DNA of 63,534 bases, filler included, from Sphaeroforma arctica JP610 (GCF_001186125.1; 6 parts of 3 records of this genome joined end to end with filler, not necessarily neighbours in it), one strand, 5' to 3'. Shown: positions 39,945-54,163, numbered from the whole stretch's first letter. The notes: generated from the letters alone by a model not told the origin. Translations and numbers: made by a program.

Positions 39945-40292
39945 CTACAAGGTTTGGGGGATCGAATGTGAAGATAGTGAATAGATTAGTAAAGGTATAG
40001 GTTAGACAGGTGGAAAGGTCTGAGGACTCGAGTTTATTTATATTAATGAGGGTTCAAATATATTCATGCTAATTAGTACATACATAAATGTTCCGGTTAA
40101 AAGGTCTGAGGTTTCAAAATTAAATATTTTAATTAGGATATACAAAACTGGGCCAGATGAGGTGAATAAGTACGAATGAGTCAGTTAATTCGGGAATTGG
40201 GTTAGTGATTTTGCAAAGTCCGATTAGTTCAGGGCAGGACTACTGTGATTCTGGTCATAAAGCTCACAATGAGTGTACGCTCTCGGAGAAAG

Positions 40293-40640
40293 AGTATCGT
40301 AGTGTATGATAAGTGGACAATAAGTGAGCACCCAAGTATCGTCGTGTATGATAAGTGGACAAGAAGTGAACACCCAAGTATAGTGTGTATGATAAGTGGA
40401 CAAGAAGTGAACACCCAAGTATAGTTGTGTATGATAAGTGGACAAGAAGTGAGCACCCAAGTATAGTTGTGTATGATAAGTATACAAGAAGTGAGCACCC
40501 AAGAATCGTCATGATAAGTGGACAAGAAGTGAACACCCAAGTATAGTCGTGTATGATAAGTGGACAAGAAGTGAGCACCCAAGTATAGTTGAGTATGATA
40601 AGTGGACAAGAAGTGAGCCCCAAGTATCGTTGTGTATAAT
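40293..40640. repeat. ~41-bp minisatellite (gtgtatgataagtggacaagaagtgagcacccaagtatagt)n
   Basis: About 8 near-identical head-to-tail units with no unique spacers. Confidence 0.95.
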
Positions 40641-41504
40641 GCTATGGTCTTCTGATACCCTAATTGTCGACGTAATGGGACATAATAGTTTTGGGTTGAG
40701 TTTCAAATCATTAATTCATATAACTACAGTGATAAGAAATAACCTGTATTGGGTATTGAACACAATCCAGATTTCGGGGTCACGTCAATCCCGTAACCTG
40801 CTGTGGAGTTCTGTTCTTTGCCACCTCTGTCTGTAACTCGGGTGTTATTGCATTGGCCTATTCTGTGTTGGAGATAATTTTATACAGGCTTCGGGCGACT
40901 TCTTAGTATATTGACCATCATATAGACGATACATCATATAGACGATAGATACCTTAGAAAAACTGGGTCAAATGTCCTGATCGAAATAACATTGCGGCCG
41001 AAGCCGTTTGGGGGTTGCCGCGAGACTCTGTATTGGTCTAGAACACATTATATCACACAACTCCAGACATAAACAAACACTGCACAAAGACTGAACGCTT
41101 TGGTAACCATGGTGACGCCACGGGGCAACCATCCGCCAATGAGCGTGCATGCGAATGCAGAAGTATGTCTTATGATGGCTATGTTATTTATATAAGCGGG
41201 GATAGATTCATCGTGGTTCCTACTGAGTGTCTAAAGATGCTAGTGTGTACAACCAGAACTAAATAACACACAATATAATACAACATCTGGACTAGGTGCG
41301 AAAATACGCGAAATGTTTGCTGGCAAATGCCGAAAGCTCTATCTAAAGTTTAGGGCTACTCTGCAAAGGCTTCTACAGAGTACATATGAAACAGGATTGA
41401 CACATTTGACACATTACTTCATAATGACACAGACACAGACACAGAAACAGACACAGACACATACGCATCCACATCCACGTCATATACTCATATAATATAC
41501 ACAC

Positions 41505-41607
<103 letters not shown>

Positions 41608-42765
41608 TATACTATCCTAAATACGGAAACAAAGGAAGGAACATGGACTATCTTTACTATAGCAACCACAATATTGATCAAAGATAACGTACCTCTGAAC
41701 CGTGAGTAGGGTTTGCGAGACTGACCATGGTGTTTATTCGTATTCCTACTTAGGGGTTTTCAGGTAATGTATATAGCTAAATAAGGTGAATTCCAGTCGT
41801 GCTATAATTATGTGCTACATTTGGTAGAAAATCAAATCCGCTATCACATCATGATGTTGAAGTTCTTCGATGTATATATGATGTATGGTGATCTTTGGAC
41901 TATCTTTATAGGCAGTACATAGGCTCCTTGATTATATTTGTATTGTCATACACAGACACTTGTATCATCATGAGTGAATTCAAATGGCATATGGCACTCT
42001 GTATTTTATTTTATTTTGAGAATGAAGCGACAGTGAGATTAAATATTGATGACTAGACCAAAGTCCAACTTTCTATTTATAGACTGCCCCAAGGCCCAAA
42101 ATTTCAAATTTGGGCCACAATTTCAGGGCTAAAAACATTATATTACAAGCATCATTATTCAGTGACAAGAAGAGGACCTGGACTTCTGGAGGCTGGAGCC
42201 TTGGAGGGCACCAGTCCGGAGTCGCCTACTGTTGTTTCCATGGTGATGGCCTTCTGTGTCATCATGTACAAATTTGTAGTTTTGTACGTTTTCTAATTTT
42301 TAGTTAAAACAAGTAAAATAAATATGTATCAATATTACCGAGTAGCTGTGTACGAAGACCGGCACTGTTATCACTTCGAATAACTATTTCATCTAAGCTG
42401 TCTTAGTACGATCATCCATATCGTAGTAATTTTACAATCAAAATGAGATTCTTCTTCTATTTCGGTATGTGAGCAATTCATTGTGATTCAACCCAATACT
42501 CTGTGTAATATATGTGTTTTTATGTTCATATGGAATGACCTCACATATATGAAGATACAAACTGACTATGAGTTTGATCGCGAGTAGGTAGAAACCATCT
42601 GCTGAATTTAGACACACTGGTATCTGAAACTACGCAAGTGACGATACTCATTTGGATAATTTGTAAAATACATATGTGCGTATATGTGTACGTATTATGT
42701 TCATCAATGTTTGATATTGCCCCTTTCCTAAGTACGTATACTATATATATGTAAGAAGTTAGAAG

Positions 42766-42796
<31 letters not shown>

Positions 42797-42967
42797 TACA
42801 TGTGCACACACAACTTCACAAGTCTATCACTTCAAACCGGCTATTGCATGTGAAATCTATTTGATAATGCACTCGGAATAGAAGTCGTGGGCATATAACC
42901 TCATACGTGCTACTGTTTTTAGCGCAGTGACAAGCAATTATACGCGAAATGATGTATAATCACATAA

Positions 42968-43002
<35 letters not shown>

Positions 43003-43011
43003 CACACAGAC

Positions 43012-43042
<31 letters not shown>

Positions 43043-43053
43043 AATACATACAT

Positions 43054-43084
<31 letters not shown>

Positions 43085-43132
43085 CACGCGCGCGCGCACA
43101 CACACACGCACACACACACGCACACACACACG

Positions 43133-43169
<37 letters not shown>

Positions 43170-43343
43170 GAAGAGATACATGTGCGTACCATGTCTCTAG
43201 ATTGTTTTTTCAATTATAGATTCAATCTCGTTTCCTCGTATATGACCAGTTACATACAAAAGTACTGCGAAATACCCTCAAATTGAACAATTAATGCGAA
43301 TGTACTCCACACATACACATAAATACAAAGACTCATATTGCGC

Positions 43344-43659
43344 ATGTCTACATTGGCAGCTGTCGCGGCACTGGGTGTGGCTAAAGTATACGCCACCACA
43401 GACACATACACCCCCCCTGAAGGCCTCCCACTAGTCGCGTTCTCTCCAGGAGTCAACTACCAGCTCATGCAGGTCAGTACGTGGTGTTGTATACAGGTGT
43501 CATGTGTAACATCAGTTATTATACTTATAATAATGTAATGTAGTATTCAACATCTTTTTTGTATATGTATCGTGTGTAGGAGTGCGTAGTTGTCATGTAA
43601 ACATATATGAGGGGCTCCCACTATATATATATATGTATATATATGTATATATGTATATG

Positions 43660-43721
<62 letters not shown>

Positions 43722-46700
43722 CCAAAACAGCCCACCAATCGCTGTCCAACAAGTCTCTGTCCTTTTAAACCATCAAAGCACACATATACCTAAACAACCT
43801 CACTACTCTCCTTCCTATTTACAGGCTGACAATGACGAGTTTGTGATGCAGCTTACGATTGACGCTGGTAGCAAGCTCGTGACGCTGCGGCACAAAGACG
43901 GCCTCTCTGCAACGGTGGTGGAAGGTAAGGAGAGTGTATGAGACTGTGCTCGGCAAGCTGTCTGATACTTGGCGTGTGTGTGCACGTTTCACCCACACTT
44001 GCACAAGTATAAATACATCTCCCCATGCGCATAGACGCCACTAAAGACTTTTAACTTACGTTCCTAGCTCTGACGTATATTGCAACTCGATGCCCTATCC
44101 CATAATCGCAAGTTCGTGAAGTGTATCTTTACGTTCGTAGGACGGACACATTGACGCAACTGCATACACTAAAACGATACCATTCTACTATCATCAGGTT
44201 CGTTGCAACGCTCTGAGGATGGTGCGGTTGTGCATGCGGGTGACTCATGGGAAGGCCCTGCTGACGAATTGCATACGTTTGCTACATCGCACGTATGTGG
44301 TGTATCCTTCGATGAAGTATTGAGTTACCAAAGTGTGCGCCTCTGAAACACGTTTGTAAGATGTCACATATGTGGATGTATAGCATTTGCTTGCGTACTG
44401 ATAGTGGTATGTGCCTGTAAAAGGGTTGGTTAATAATAATGGTACATATATGAAATAGGTTTTGTGTAGTGTATACATATGACAATGGCGCTAAAGTTTG
44501 TGGTAGTGCTTTACTTCATATTTGATTTTTTGAGTGTGAACGTACACACGTGCACATACATAGTGGTTAAAAAATGAGAACAGGACAAATATTTTTCCCG
44601 TAAACGTTTCCGTTTACTGTACTAATACACTTGCGGTGCTACTAGATGAACAACAAATAAAGGTAGTGGTGTCGATCATAGCCTTCTAAATAGACATGTC
44701 TGTTGAGCGAGTTGGTTGTTTTAGAATGGAAGCTGGTTGCTTTGCTCACCTTTATATTATATTGTATTTATATATATACCTCATATACCTCATCTCTTAT
44801 TCCAAAACATCGAAATATGCGTACACACCCCGATAGTCGTCACCGAATTGCGCACTCGTTTTATGCGAGCGTCCAAAATCACCATACTATGAGTATACAA
44901 AGTATTAAAATCATCCCACTACAACAACAACATGACACAACAGTACACGCCCCGTCTCATCAACGTTTATGCCAATACAGATATCCACAATGGTCTTTTG
45001 TGAGAATGATCACCACAATACGACACTATATGCTTAAGATTGTATATGCAACACGAGTACCATCATCAGCATTGAAGGTCTAAGTCGGATTTTACACACG
45101 ACTGACAGGCCACAAAGATCCCCAGTAAAGTTTTGCTCACGGTGAAAGGAGAAGTCGAATACTTGGTCAACGGAAAGGTAGTAAACAGAGACAACAGCAA
45201 GACGATTCAGGACAAGTATAAGAATGGCCACACCTACTTAGGTATGATATATTTATATAATATATATATACATATACATATACATATATTTAGTGAATAT
45301 TTTCTTTGAATGTATATATATACACTTGACTAACTGTATTGGTCACCCGACTGCTATAAATAGCTACCCCTCTACTTGTCCACTCACAATGAATCCAATT
45401 TTTGTTTTTACGTTCAGGTCGAGTAGACGGCGAGTTAGACGTTGAGTCGCTCCTCAATGAGTTCTACAGCACAGTTAAGACTGCCGACAGTGCACAGTCT
45501 GTAACAGAAAAGGCCCGAGCTGCACGCACTGAGTTTATCTTCAAGTATCTCGCACCCGCCGTAGGTAAGTGTCTTGAAAGATCTGTTATATATATATAGG
45601 TATATGTATAGGTAGAGGTATAGGTATAGATATAGGTATCAGTACAGGTATAAGTATAGGTATAGGTATACTCTCTCTCTCTATATATATATACATATAT
45701 GCAAGGTTGTATACTTTCTACATGCTACACCTTTTCTATAAACATGTTATAACTGATACTTTTGGCTTTATAGAAATGTATGAATTAGAAGAGTAAACCG
45801 TTCTGTATCCATCCAGGTACCGATTTATGCTCGAATAACTCGCTTCCCGTATGTATGGCTTACTAGGTGTACTTCACTAAGATAGGTCTCAACAGTACGG
45901 TCCGTTATAACGTACCGGTTTCAAAGAAGTACTTGGCATGCAAGGGGTGTTTGTGTGTAGTATTTGAACAGAGAAATTCACAAGAAATATAAACTTATGT
46001 ACTGGTACACTATCGTTTACGCCTGTACGTTATTGATCTGCATACTGGTCCTCTCAATAGCTTAAAAGGGGTTCTTAGGGTAGTTAACGAGAACTTGGGT
46101 ACACTCACTTGCGTTCAGGTATGAGTGAGGTGCAGAATGTCAGCGAAGAAGAGGTTGTGCTACTGGCCATGACCGGCGCTCCCAAAGAGTTGTACGAGGC
46201 TTTCCTCACACTGCCGTATTCAGCCGAAACGATTATGGTAAGCACATACGTTTATGTATATATTTGTATAATTTAAAACAATGTATTTGCCTATATATCC
46301 CTTTTATTCTTAGAAATGTCTATATGCAGGATTTTCAGTGTCAGGCCTACCGTCTGGATGTTTTTACCGCCCGCGTCAGTGAATGATATAGTCATATAGG
46401 TGAATGTATATATGAATCATACGAAGTCTGCTTTCATATGTAACAAACGTATGTAAACCCGCAGGGTGGTAGTTTAGTGTATGATATGGTCATATAGGTG
46501 AATGTATATATGTATCATACGAAGTCTGCTTTCACATGTAACAAACGAATGTACACCCATAGAGTTGTAGTTTGCAGATGCCTACATGGAGTTCGTTCTC
46601 GGAGTTGATCTCCAAACTCTAGCGATAGCTCCATTCCTCCGCTAGTCTTTTTATTTTTACTTCTCGCTCTGGTCACCATACACGTGATCCGAATACCCTT

Positions 46701-47221
46701 CCAGCGGATACAGTTTATATAACATTTATAGAATTTATGATGTTCGTTGTATACATGCGATTATATACTCTTTGCGTGTGTACACTACAGACACTCTGGC
46801 GCATGTGGGTTCTGAAAGATTAAGTCACAACTTCTTAGTCTTACTGTCATATGCTGTTGGTGTATCAACACCCTTTAACGGAAACCAGCCTATGCATATA
46901 CAGCGTAAAACGCTTATACCAACACATATCCATCATAAAGCATTTATAGATATGCATATTCAGCACGATGAGGGCATACTTAAGCATATCCATTATAACT
47001 AAGCGTATACAACAAAAATAGCTCATAGCCAGGCATGTAATTCCTTGTTTGTAGGCTGCGATAAAACTAGAGAAGAAACTGGACAATCTGTCAGAGGAAC
47101 GGGAGCGAAAGGCAGAGATCGTGGGCATGGGTGATGTCTTCCCAGCTGATGTGGCTGAGGAGTTGGAACGACAGTAAGCCACGAAACGGATATGTTTATA
47201 TGCAGAACACACACATATACA

Positions 47222-47260
<39 letters not shown>

Positions 47261-49073
47261 CGTATGAGCATAGAGTACGATCAGTGAACATTACGAACTC
47301 TCAATCAAAATATATACGCAATGCGTCTTTTCCAATTTTAACAAAGATGGTCAAAAACCTACACCTGGGGACCGAATATATGGAGAGAAGAATGAACACT
47401 CGAGGCTAGACGATTTCATAGTAGTGCCCTAGCCAACTTTAAAGTACTAATATACACAGTTCTTATACTGTTGTACTCAAGAAGCCATTGCTGCCGGCTT
47501 GTTCAATTCGGGTTTCCCATACAGTCATGCGAATCATATTGTAACTCTACTTTAGCTCGTGAAGTCTTGCGATCAATTGATTCACTGTATAAACACTCAG
47601 ATGACAACATATTATATATACACCTGGGTTTAAATGACATATAGCATACTACATATACACCTCGGTTTTAAATTGAAATAATGAACAATTCTGGTTGCAG
47701 AGCTGAAGAAGATCGGGAGTTCGCGGCCAGAAAACATCAGATTATGAGCGAAATGCACGATGGCCACGACAAAGAACTATTGCCGCACGAAGCTTTGGCC
47801 GAAGCCGATCGAATGGTAATTCCTAATCTTTGTACATGTTATTTTTATACACACTTGTTGTTTGGAGTCATGGACCTATACATCTTACAGGAGCATAAAC
47901 ATCTGTTACATGTGTATGCATCCAGTAGAAACTTGGCATTTATCAATGAAGAGTCTGCGCGGCATAATGCAAGACGCTTTTATAGCATCTCATTCCGGTG
48001 GCGCGTGCTTGTTCGTAACTCGAAAGGCAAGGTACTGTGCACACACAAGGTGGGCATTTATAATATCGATCTACACACTGTCTGTGACTCCAAGGTTATT
48101 TGATCTTGTACACTGTATGGACATATTGTATGGCGCTGCCTGTGTGACGCAGGAAATAGAAAGGGGCGCAGTGGGAGGCATATTCATATTATCAAGATGC
48201 ACCACCTATACGCATAACAGGATGTATACATTTGTTTGTATATAACACGGCACATATCGCCTAGCCATGCTCAACGGCGTATATCATGCTTGGCTCTTCA
48301 ACTACACAGACTAACGAAGCGCTGGAACGAAACATAGGGGATATTTTCGGTAGTGGCAGCCCGTTCCAAAATATCGATACCGGGAAAGACGGACTTTTCG
48401 CCAACCTCTTTGGCAAAGGCAGTGCGACGGCTAATAGTTTGTATGTGTAGTATAGTCCTCGTTGTTGGTTTGTTGTCGTTGGGTCTGTTGCTATCTTTGT
48501 AGTTGCTGCTCTTTTGATGTTATTGTTGTGGTTATTGGTTACTTTATAGCTGCTGTTGTTGTTTGCAGTTGCTGTTCTGTTGTGGCTATTATCGGTGTTA
48601 ATGTGGATGATTGAAATGACCAAATTACTAGATTTAAAATCGATCTTGTGTCGATGCTACCCATTGTCACGAGATAAATGCAAACAATCTCGATGTTTTT
48701 GCTGTCGAAAAATACAAGGAGTACTACCCCACTGCGATAAACTGATTCAGATCACAATACAGTACACAGGTGATTTGTCAGTCGTTTGTGTGTGCACTAT
48801 GAAACCACTTTGTACGGTACTATATCGTCTATGATTAGGGATTATATTCACAACGTGTCCTTCAATTGTGATATATCAGAGTCGCATACGAACTCAAAGA
48901 AAATGTAACTGTCTGTCAAAACTCTGCATTGTAGTGCGGAGAAGATCGAAGCGAGTCTGCAGGCTCAGTATGCGGCGGCCGAGGCTGACGACGGCAAAGC
49001 AGCATGGGACGAACAAATGCGGAAGGTTAACGAAGAGGACCTTAACATAGATGCTGAAGCGAACATGCAGTAG
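43344..49073 (+). CDS. Putative secreted protein: signal peptide + DAD/ChrR-like cupin + acidic helical C-terminal region
   Basis: Ten phase-consistent exons: 43344-43472, 43825-43924, 44198-44292, 45109-45241, 45418-45564, 46119-46237, 47055-47173, 47701-47815, 48310 (or 48265)-48440 and 48935-49073. Cupin pattern: LPLVAFSPGVNYQLM...LTIDAGSKLVTLRHKD..SATVVEGS....VHAGDSWEGPADELHTF...VLLTVKGEVEYLVNGKVV. Confidence 0.8.
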
Positions 49074-49613
49074 TTTGGTTTCATCCCTGTATGAGAACGT
49101 GAAGGTTCGTGACGCAAAACACGTGTTACGGCTATATTAGTATTGCAGCAGCTGGGTACCTTGCCGATAACGAAAATGCACAAAAAATACTACAACATAC
49201 CGGGGAATAGCAAGGGACAATACAGTTATTTCGAGATGAGGGCTGATATAAAGCAATATAATTTGACAATTTTTGGTCATTTTCGAAGGCGGTCTTTAAT
49301 AACCTAATAAATATCTGCATTCAAGATTATCATCCAACATGGCAAAAAAACCCCTGTTCGAGTATACGAGCTATTTCAGAGTGTGGGTAATAAACATCTT
49401 CTCGATGAAAGTGAGTATTTATCATGAAATTCTTGATATGTTTATTTTGTATGCGGTAGACTGTATTTTATGAAGCAGTCATATTTATTTGAAACCGGAC
49501 TACAATCCGGGTTGTAGATTTCAATCGAGGTTAGTTTAAACTAATTATGTAGTTTCGCTGAGAAGATAGAATAATTTCTATACCATGGTCTCAATTCTGA
49601 TGCAGTATCATCG

Positions 49614-49958
49614 AGACACAATTTGCAGCTCCGCAGTCGGCACTGCCGCTTTCTAAATTCTATCCACATGCTATCATAGCAGTGAATACTAGTTGCGGTG
49701 ACGTATACTTCTTGTGTACAGTACTGAATAGAATACAGTAAGTGAGAAAGAGTGAACATCTCGGGTTGATATCAATACACGGGTTAAGACACAATTTGCA
49801 GCTCCGCAGTCGGCACTGCCGCTTTCTAAATTCTGTCCACATGCTATCATAGCAGTGAATACCAATTGCGGTGACGTATACTTCTTGTGTACAGTACTGA
49901 ATAGAATACAGTCAGTGAGAAAGAGTGAACATCTCGGGTTGATACCAATACAAGGGTC
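49614..49958. repeat. 173-bp direct tandem duplication
   Basis: agacacaatttgcagctccgcagtcggc...catctcgggttgata starts at 49614 and 49787, near-identical. Confidence 0.93.
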
Positions 49959-50216
49959 GGAACTTCAGCAAAAGAGAAGAACGAAGCTTCTTTGATTTGC
50001 GATTCTCAGCGGTAGTGCAGTTGAACTGCCTACAAAAATATCACAATTCCAGTTGTGGCAATTGATGGCACCATCATAAAGAGCTCAGCAGCCGCCTCAC
50101 ACAGAGCGGAGCACAGTCATTCCATGACGATTCAGTGATATGAAGCAAACCAGTTTGCATGTAGTAGATATGAATGTCGCCGTAGTTAATCCAAAATACT
50201 CTTCTAATCATCAGCC

Positions 50217-50543
50217 TCATTGCGGGTCTTCGGCAATCATATCGAGACTGTTTTCGGATCTCACTTTCAAAAGACTCCGAGGAGATTTTAATCCACTGTC
50301 CAGAGAAAGAGAACTGAAGCTGGACATCTCCGGGGGGAATACGAACACAGGAGTGGATACACTTCGGTTCAACACACTACGCTGGCGACGGTCGAATGAC
50401 TGGTGTGGTACACTAAGCATTCCTGCTTCCATTGTGTCGTCATCAACTTCCTCATGAATCTCACTTAGTGTGTACATCTTCTCGCAGTCTCGACTAGTCG
50501 ATCTGGATAGCGTTGGGTATTTAGTGCAGAACTTAGCAGTCAT
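50217..50543 (-). CDS. Small Ser-rich hypothetical protein (~108 aa, probably disordered)
   Basis: MTAKFCTKYPTLSRSTSRDCEKMYTLSEIHEEVDDD...LNRSVSTP...KVRSENSLDMIAEDPQ has a protein-like composition with several RxxS motifs; AT-rich leader upstream. Confidence 0.5.
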   Translation of the reverse strand: MTAKFCTKYPTLSRSTSRDCEKMYTLSEIHEEVDDDTMEAGMLSVPHQSFDRRQRSVLNRSVSTPVFVFPPEMSSFSSLSLDSGLKSPRSLLKVRSENSLDMIAEDPQ

Positions 50544-52327
50544 TGTAAATAGTAAGTAGGGAGGGGTTGTTTGAAATGAACTGTCGCATTTGAACTTTCT
50601 TGCATATATACATTTCCAAAAGTCGAAAATAACTACGAAAATCGAAGGTATTTTTTTATTTTCAATATATTGCAATAAATTTTACTGATGGTTGTGTGTA
50701 GGGTGCACTGTAAAGGCGTGAAGGGAGTATTGTATAGGTTCTTCCACTGAGTAAGGACAAAAGAATGCATTCACGATAAAAATAGAGCAGAGTCTAAAAA
50801 AAGTATGGCGCGTGTGGTGCGTGTGGTGCGCCAACAATAACACGCCCTAAGCAGTTTTTCCCGGTTTCCCCGAATCCCCTGTCTGTATGATAAAACATCC
50901 CCAGATCGGGCAGATTCCCCTGAGTCCTACGGACTCACACTTCTGAAGTTCTGTCCCACAGTCCCACAGTCCCACAGTCCCACACAATGAAGAATGGCGA
51001 AAATGGCGGCAGCTGGCAGTCCGACATACAGCGGGCAGTCCGACATGTCGGACAGTATAAGTATGACACTACTCCATATTTCTCTCGAGAGTCATAAGTC
51101 ATGAGTCATGACTCATGGACATGACTCATGAATATGAAGCATGACAAAATTTATATCGTCAGGCCATAGTATTTAAAAAATAAGAGCAATATATCAACTA
51201 AAAAATAAATATTTATATAAAAACAGGGAAACCCGTTGGAATAATTATCGCAAGAAGAGTGTGCCTCCGGCAGAGTTCGGCTTCAATGAGTCCTCGAGGA
51301 GACCTCGTGGCTCAGGAAAAATAACTATTTTATCTGTAGAGAGCTCTAGAGAAATTTGCGGCATTTCGGGAAATTCATAATTTTTTTATAAACATTTAGT
51401 TTCACCAATACAAACTCAAAGAAATGAACGTAAGGCAAGTGAAATACATACAGACATGATTTAAATACATAGAGTCAGTGACTCAAGTCATCTGTGACTA
51501 GTGTAGTATGTAGTTTGTAATTTGTACAGAATTACAGATGCTCCAGAGTAGTATGTAGTTTGTAGTGTGTACAGATGTACTAACATTACAGACACTGGAC
51601 TCCTGGAGCACACCACAAGAAGTGTTGGAGTGAGGGCCCTATGGGGTTAGAACCCTGGGGCCTGGGCCTGGGATCTGGTCACCTGGGGCTGAGGGCTGGG
51701 CCCCTGGAGGAGTGAGGAGTACTGAAGAGTACGCAGAGTCTCTAAGTCTGAGGCCTAAGCCCAGAGTCCGAGGGCTGAGGGCGGCCCTAAGGCCAAAACC
51801 CCTGAGCCTGGCTGATGAGGCCCTGACTCAATACAAGAAGCGTACACCTGAGGCTGAGGGCTGAGGTTCAATATTTATAATAATAAAAACCAAAAACCAA
51901 AACAAATCATTTTATAAAATCCAATTGCAATAAATATAAATGTTGCTCGAGTTCACTCGATTCTGGAATGTCCAATACATGTGATCGAAGATGGAACTTG
52001 AGTACAATTATCTATAATTGGTCTAAAACTCATCATAAGGTTGTTAGACTGGTAGTCTCTAGTAAGTCTACTGGAGGTAGAGACTACCACTGGTAGTCTT
52101 GACTCTTTAGTTGCACAGTTGTTCATTGGCTTTTCTTTTCGGGAGAGCATTTAAGTGATTTATCTCGCTTTAACTTCGTTGTCGAATTTCTACTCGAGCG
52201 GTGTTAGTTGTTTTTGAAAAAAATATTTGTATTTGTAAATTTTCCCTTTTCTGATTTTGTAAAAAAAAACAAAAACAACCCAGTTTTAAAAAAAAATATA
52301 GGCGTCAAACCATAGCTGAGAGCGACA

Positions 52328-52739
52328 TAGCCTCCTATTTTTATATTATTTATATTCAACACATCAACCAAAAGTCTGTAAGGCCCTACCAGCCTAGTAC
52401 CGAACTGTGACCCCTTTTGACCTATATCATCAGTGTAATAAACCTGACCTACTAGGAAACCTTATCGCCCAAGTTCGCCCAGTCTTGCAATTATTAATAT
52501 TTACACTGCCATTCCTAGCCCACTTTACGAGATCAGCAAAACGAAGTATCAGCGCAAGTGCCCTTACCGGGCAACAGTCCTTTAATTAGCGACCCCACGC
52601 ACATCCCTTGATTGAGGATCCGTGCCCAACAGCGTCCTTCGCGAGATTGCGATCAGATTCGACTACAAAATTGTAGTACACATATTTGCCACCTTAGCCG
52701 TCTGAAATAGCCCCCTGAATGTTAATTTTTAGGAGGCTA
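52328..52739. mobile_element. Candidate MITE (10-bp inverted ends TAGCCTCCTA...TAGGAGGCTA, possible TA TSD)
   Basis: Exact inverted pair at 52328-52337 and 52730-52739; related end motifs occur elsewhere in the window. Confidence 0.35.
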
Positions 52740-52805
52740 ATTGACTACATACGCATTTTAAACCTTCAACTCTAAACAAATAATAATAAAAATACAGTCG
52801 AATAT

Positions 52806-53229
52806 AGCCTTCAAATTGACCAAATCAAACCACCCTTTTTGTCTACCTTTTTTATTTTTCCCCTCCTTTTGTCCACTTTTTTTATACTGGGACTCGAAAC
52901 TAGTTTACAGTATGTACCAGAATATGTTAGGACACTGCTGTATGAATATTGAAATCACGTGTACGTATGCTCCGCTATACTCTCACAAGGGAAGTGGATC
53001 AGCAGGTATCTTTTTGATAACCTGAAAATGAACTACAATATATTTTGTATATAAAAATAGCGGTAATACTCGCCTGTTGGGTGTAAGCGCCCAACTGTTG
53101 TTCTGGGTGCGGGATATGGTAGGCAGGGGTATTGTCTACCACAAGTGACAGATGAGTACCGCCAACAACTGGGAAAAAGACTATCAGTTGATCCACAAAT
53201 TAGTGTATCAAAGTCGATGTTTGAAGGCT
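52806..53229. mobile_element. Second candidate MITE (AGCCTTCAAA...TTTGAAGGCT)
   Basis: Exact 10-bp inverted pair, with length and end motif similar to its neighbour. Confidence 0.3.
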
Positions 53230-54163
53230 TTAAAAACAGAAGCATTTGATATGCAATATGCACGTATGTACGTTATTGTACTAGTGTATAACTGTATATA
53301 CCTCTAGAGCGAGCTATAGGGTCCTCAAGCCCCCAACCCTACTTGCCTGATTCTTGCCTACCTCTATTTTTGTCCAAATTATGTGGCCTGAAAGAGGTTT
53401 GACAATTCACCTGAAAGAGGTTTGACTTTTTTACATTTTTGAATTTTTGGGGCTTGAGAGTCTTGGATACTCAGCCTACTCAGCAGGCAGTCGGGCAGTT
53501 AGCTAGTCGCCAGTTGGGAAGTGGGTAGTGGGTAGTGGGTAGTGGGCAGTAAGAACCTGATACAGTAATATGTACGTATAACCGCACATTGGCTAGGTAG
53601 TGCGTACTGTAGAAGCAGTGGGTACTCGAGACTTGGGCCTCACCCCTTGGGCCTCAAAAGCCCTCTTGCGTCTCAACTCTCCACAAGAAGTCTCGGAAAC
53701 TGGACTAAGGAATAGTGAGGACTGAGGAGTCGAGACTGAGTTTGGCTGATAGCTCTGTAGATATCTCTGTATTTAACTCTGGGCTAAGTTTGTGGCTATG
53801 TGAAGTGTGGTGGACTTCTCATGGACTTCAATTTTTCAAGGCTTCCACGTTTCAATTTTCAACCGCAAACTATTTCAGTTGCCCTGGACACGGGCGGGCC
53901 CACGGCCCACAGGCCACGGCCCAGTGCCGACGCTCCATAGTAGGACTAGGTGGGCCAGTAAGACTCAAAAGGCATAACTCCTGCTCGCCAATGACGTGAG
54001 CGGCGAGTCTCATTCCAATTCATGACTCATGCGATATGTCTCAAATGTCTAATTTTTATTTAGAAGGCTAAGCAAATTCTCAACAACTGTGAAATGAATG
54101 ACTCACTGCCTGACTCATTCCTGCCAGTCGCCAGACGCCAGTCACCAGTCGCGGCCCTCGCAG

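Noticed and set aside
40293..40640. 41-bp array and its overlapping repetitive ORFs
   Set aside because: Head-to-tail repeat with no unique spacers; the ORFs are by-products.
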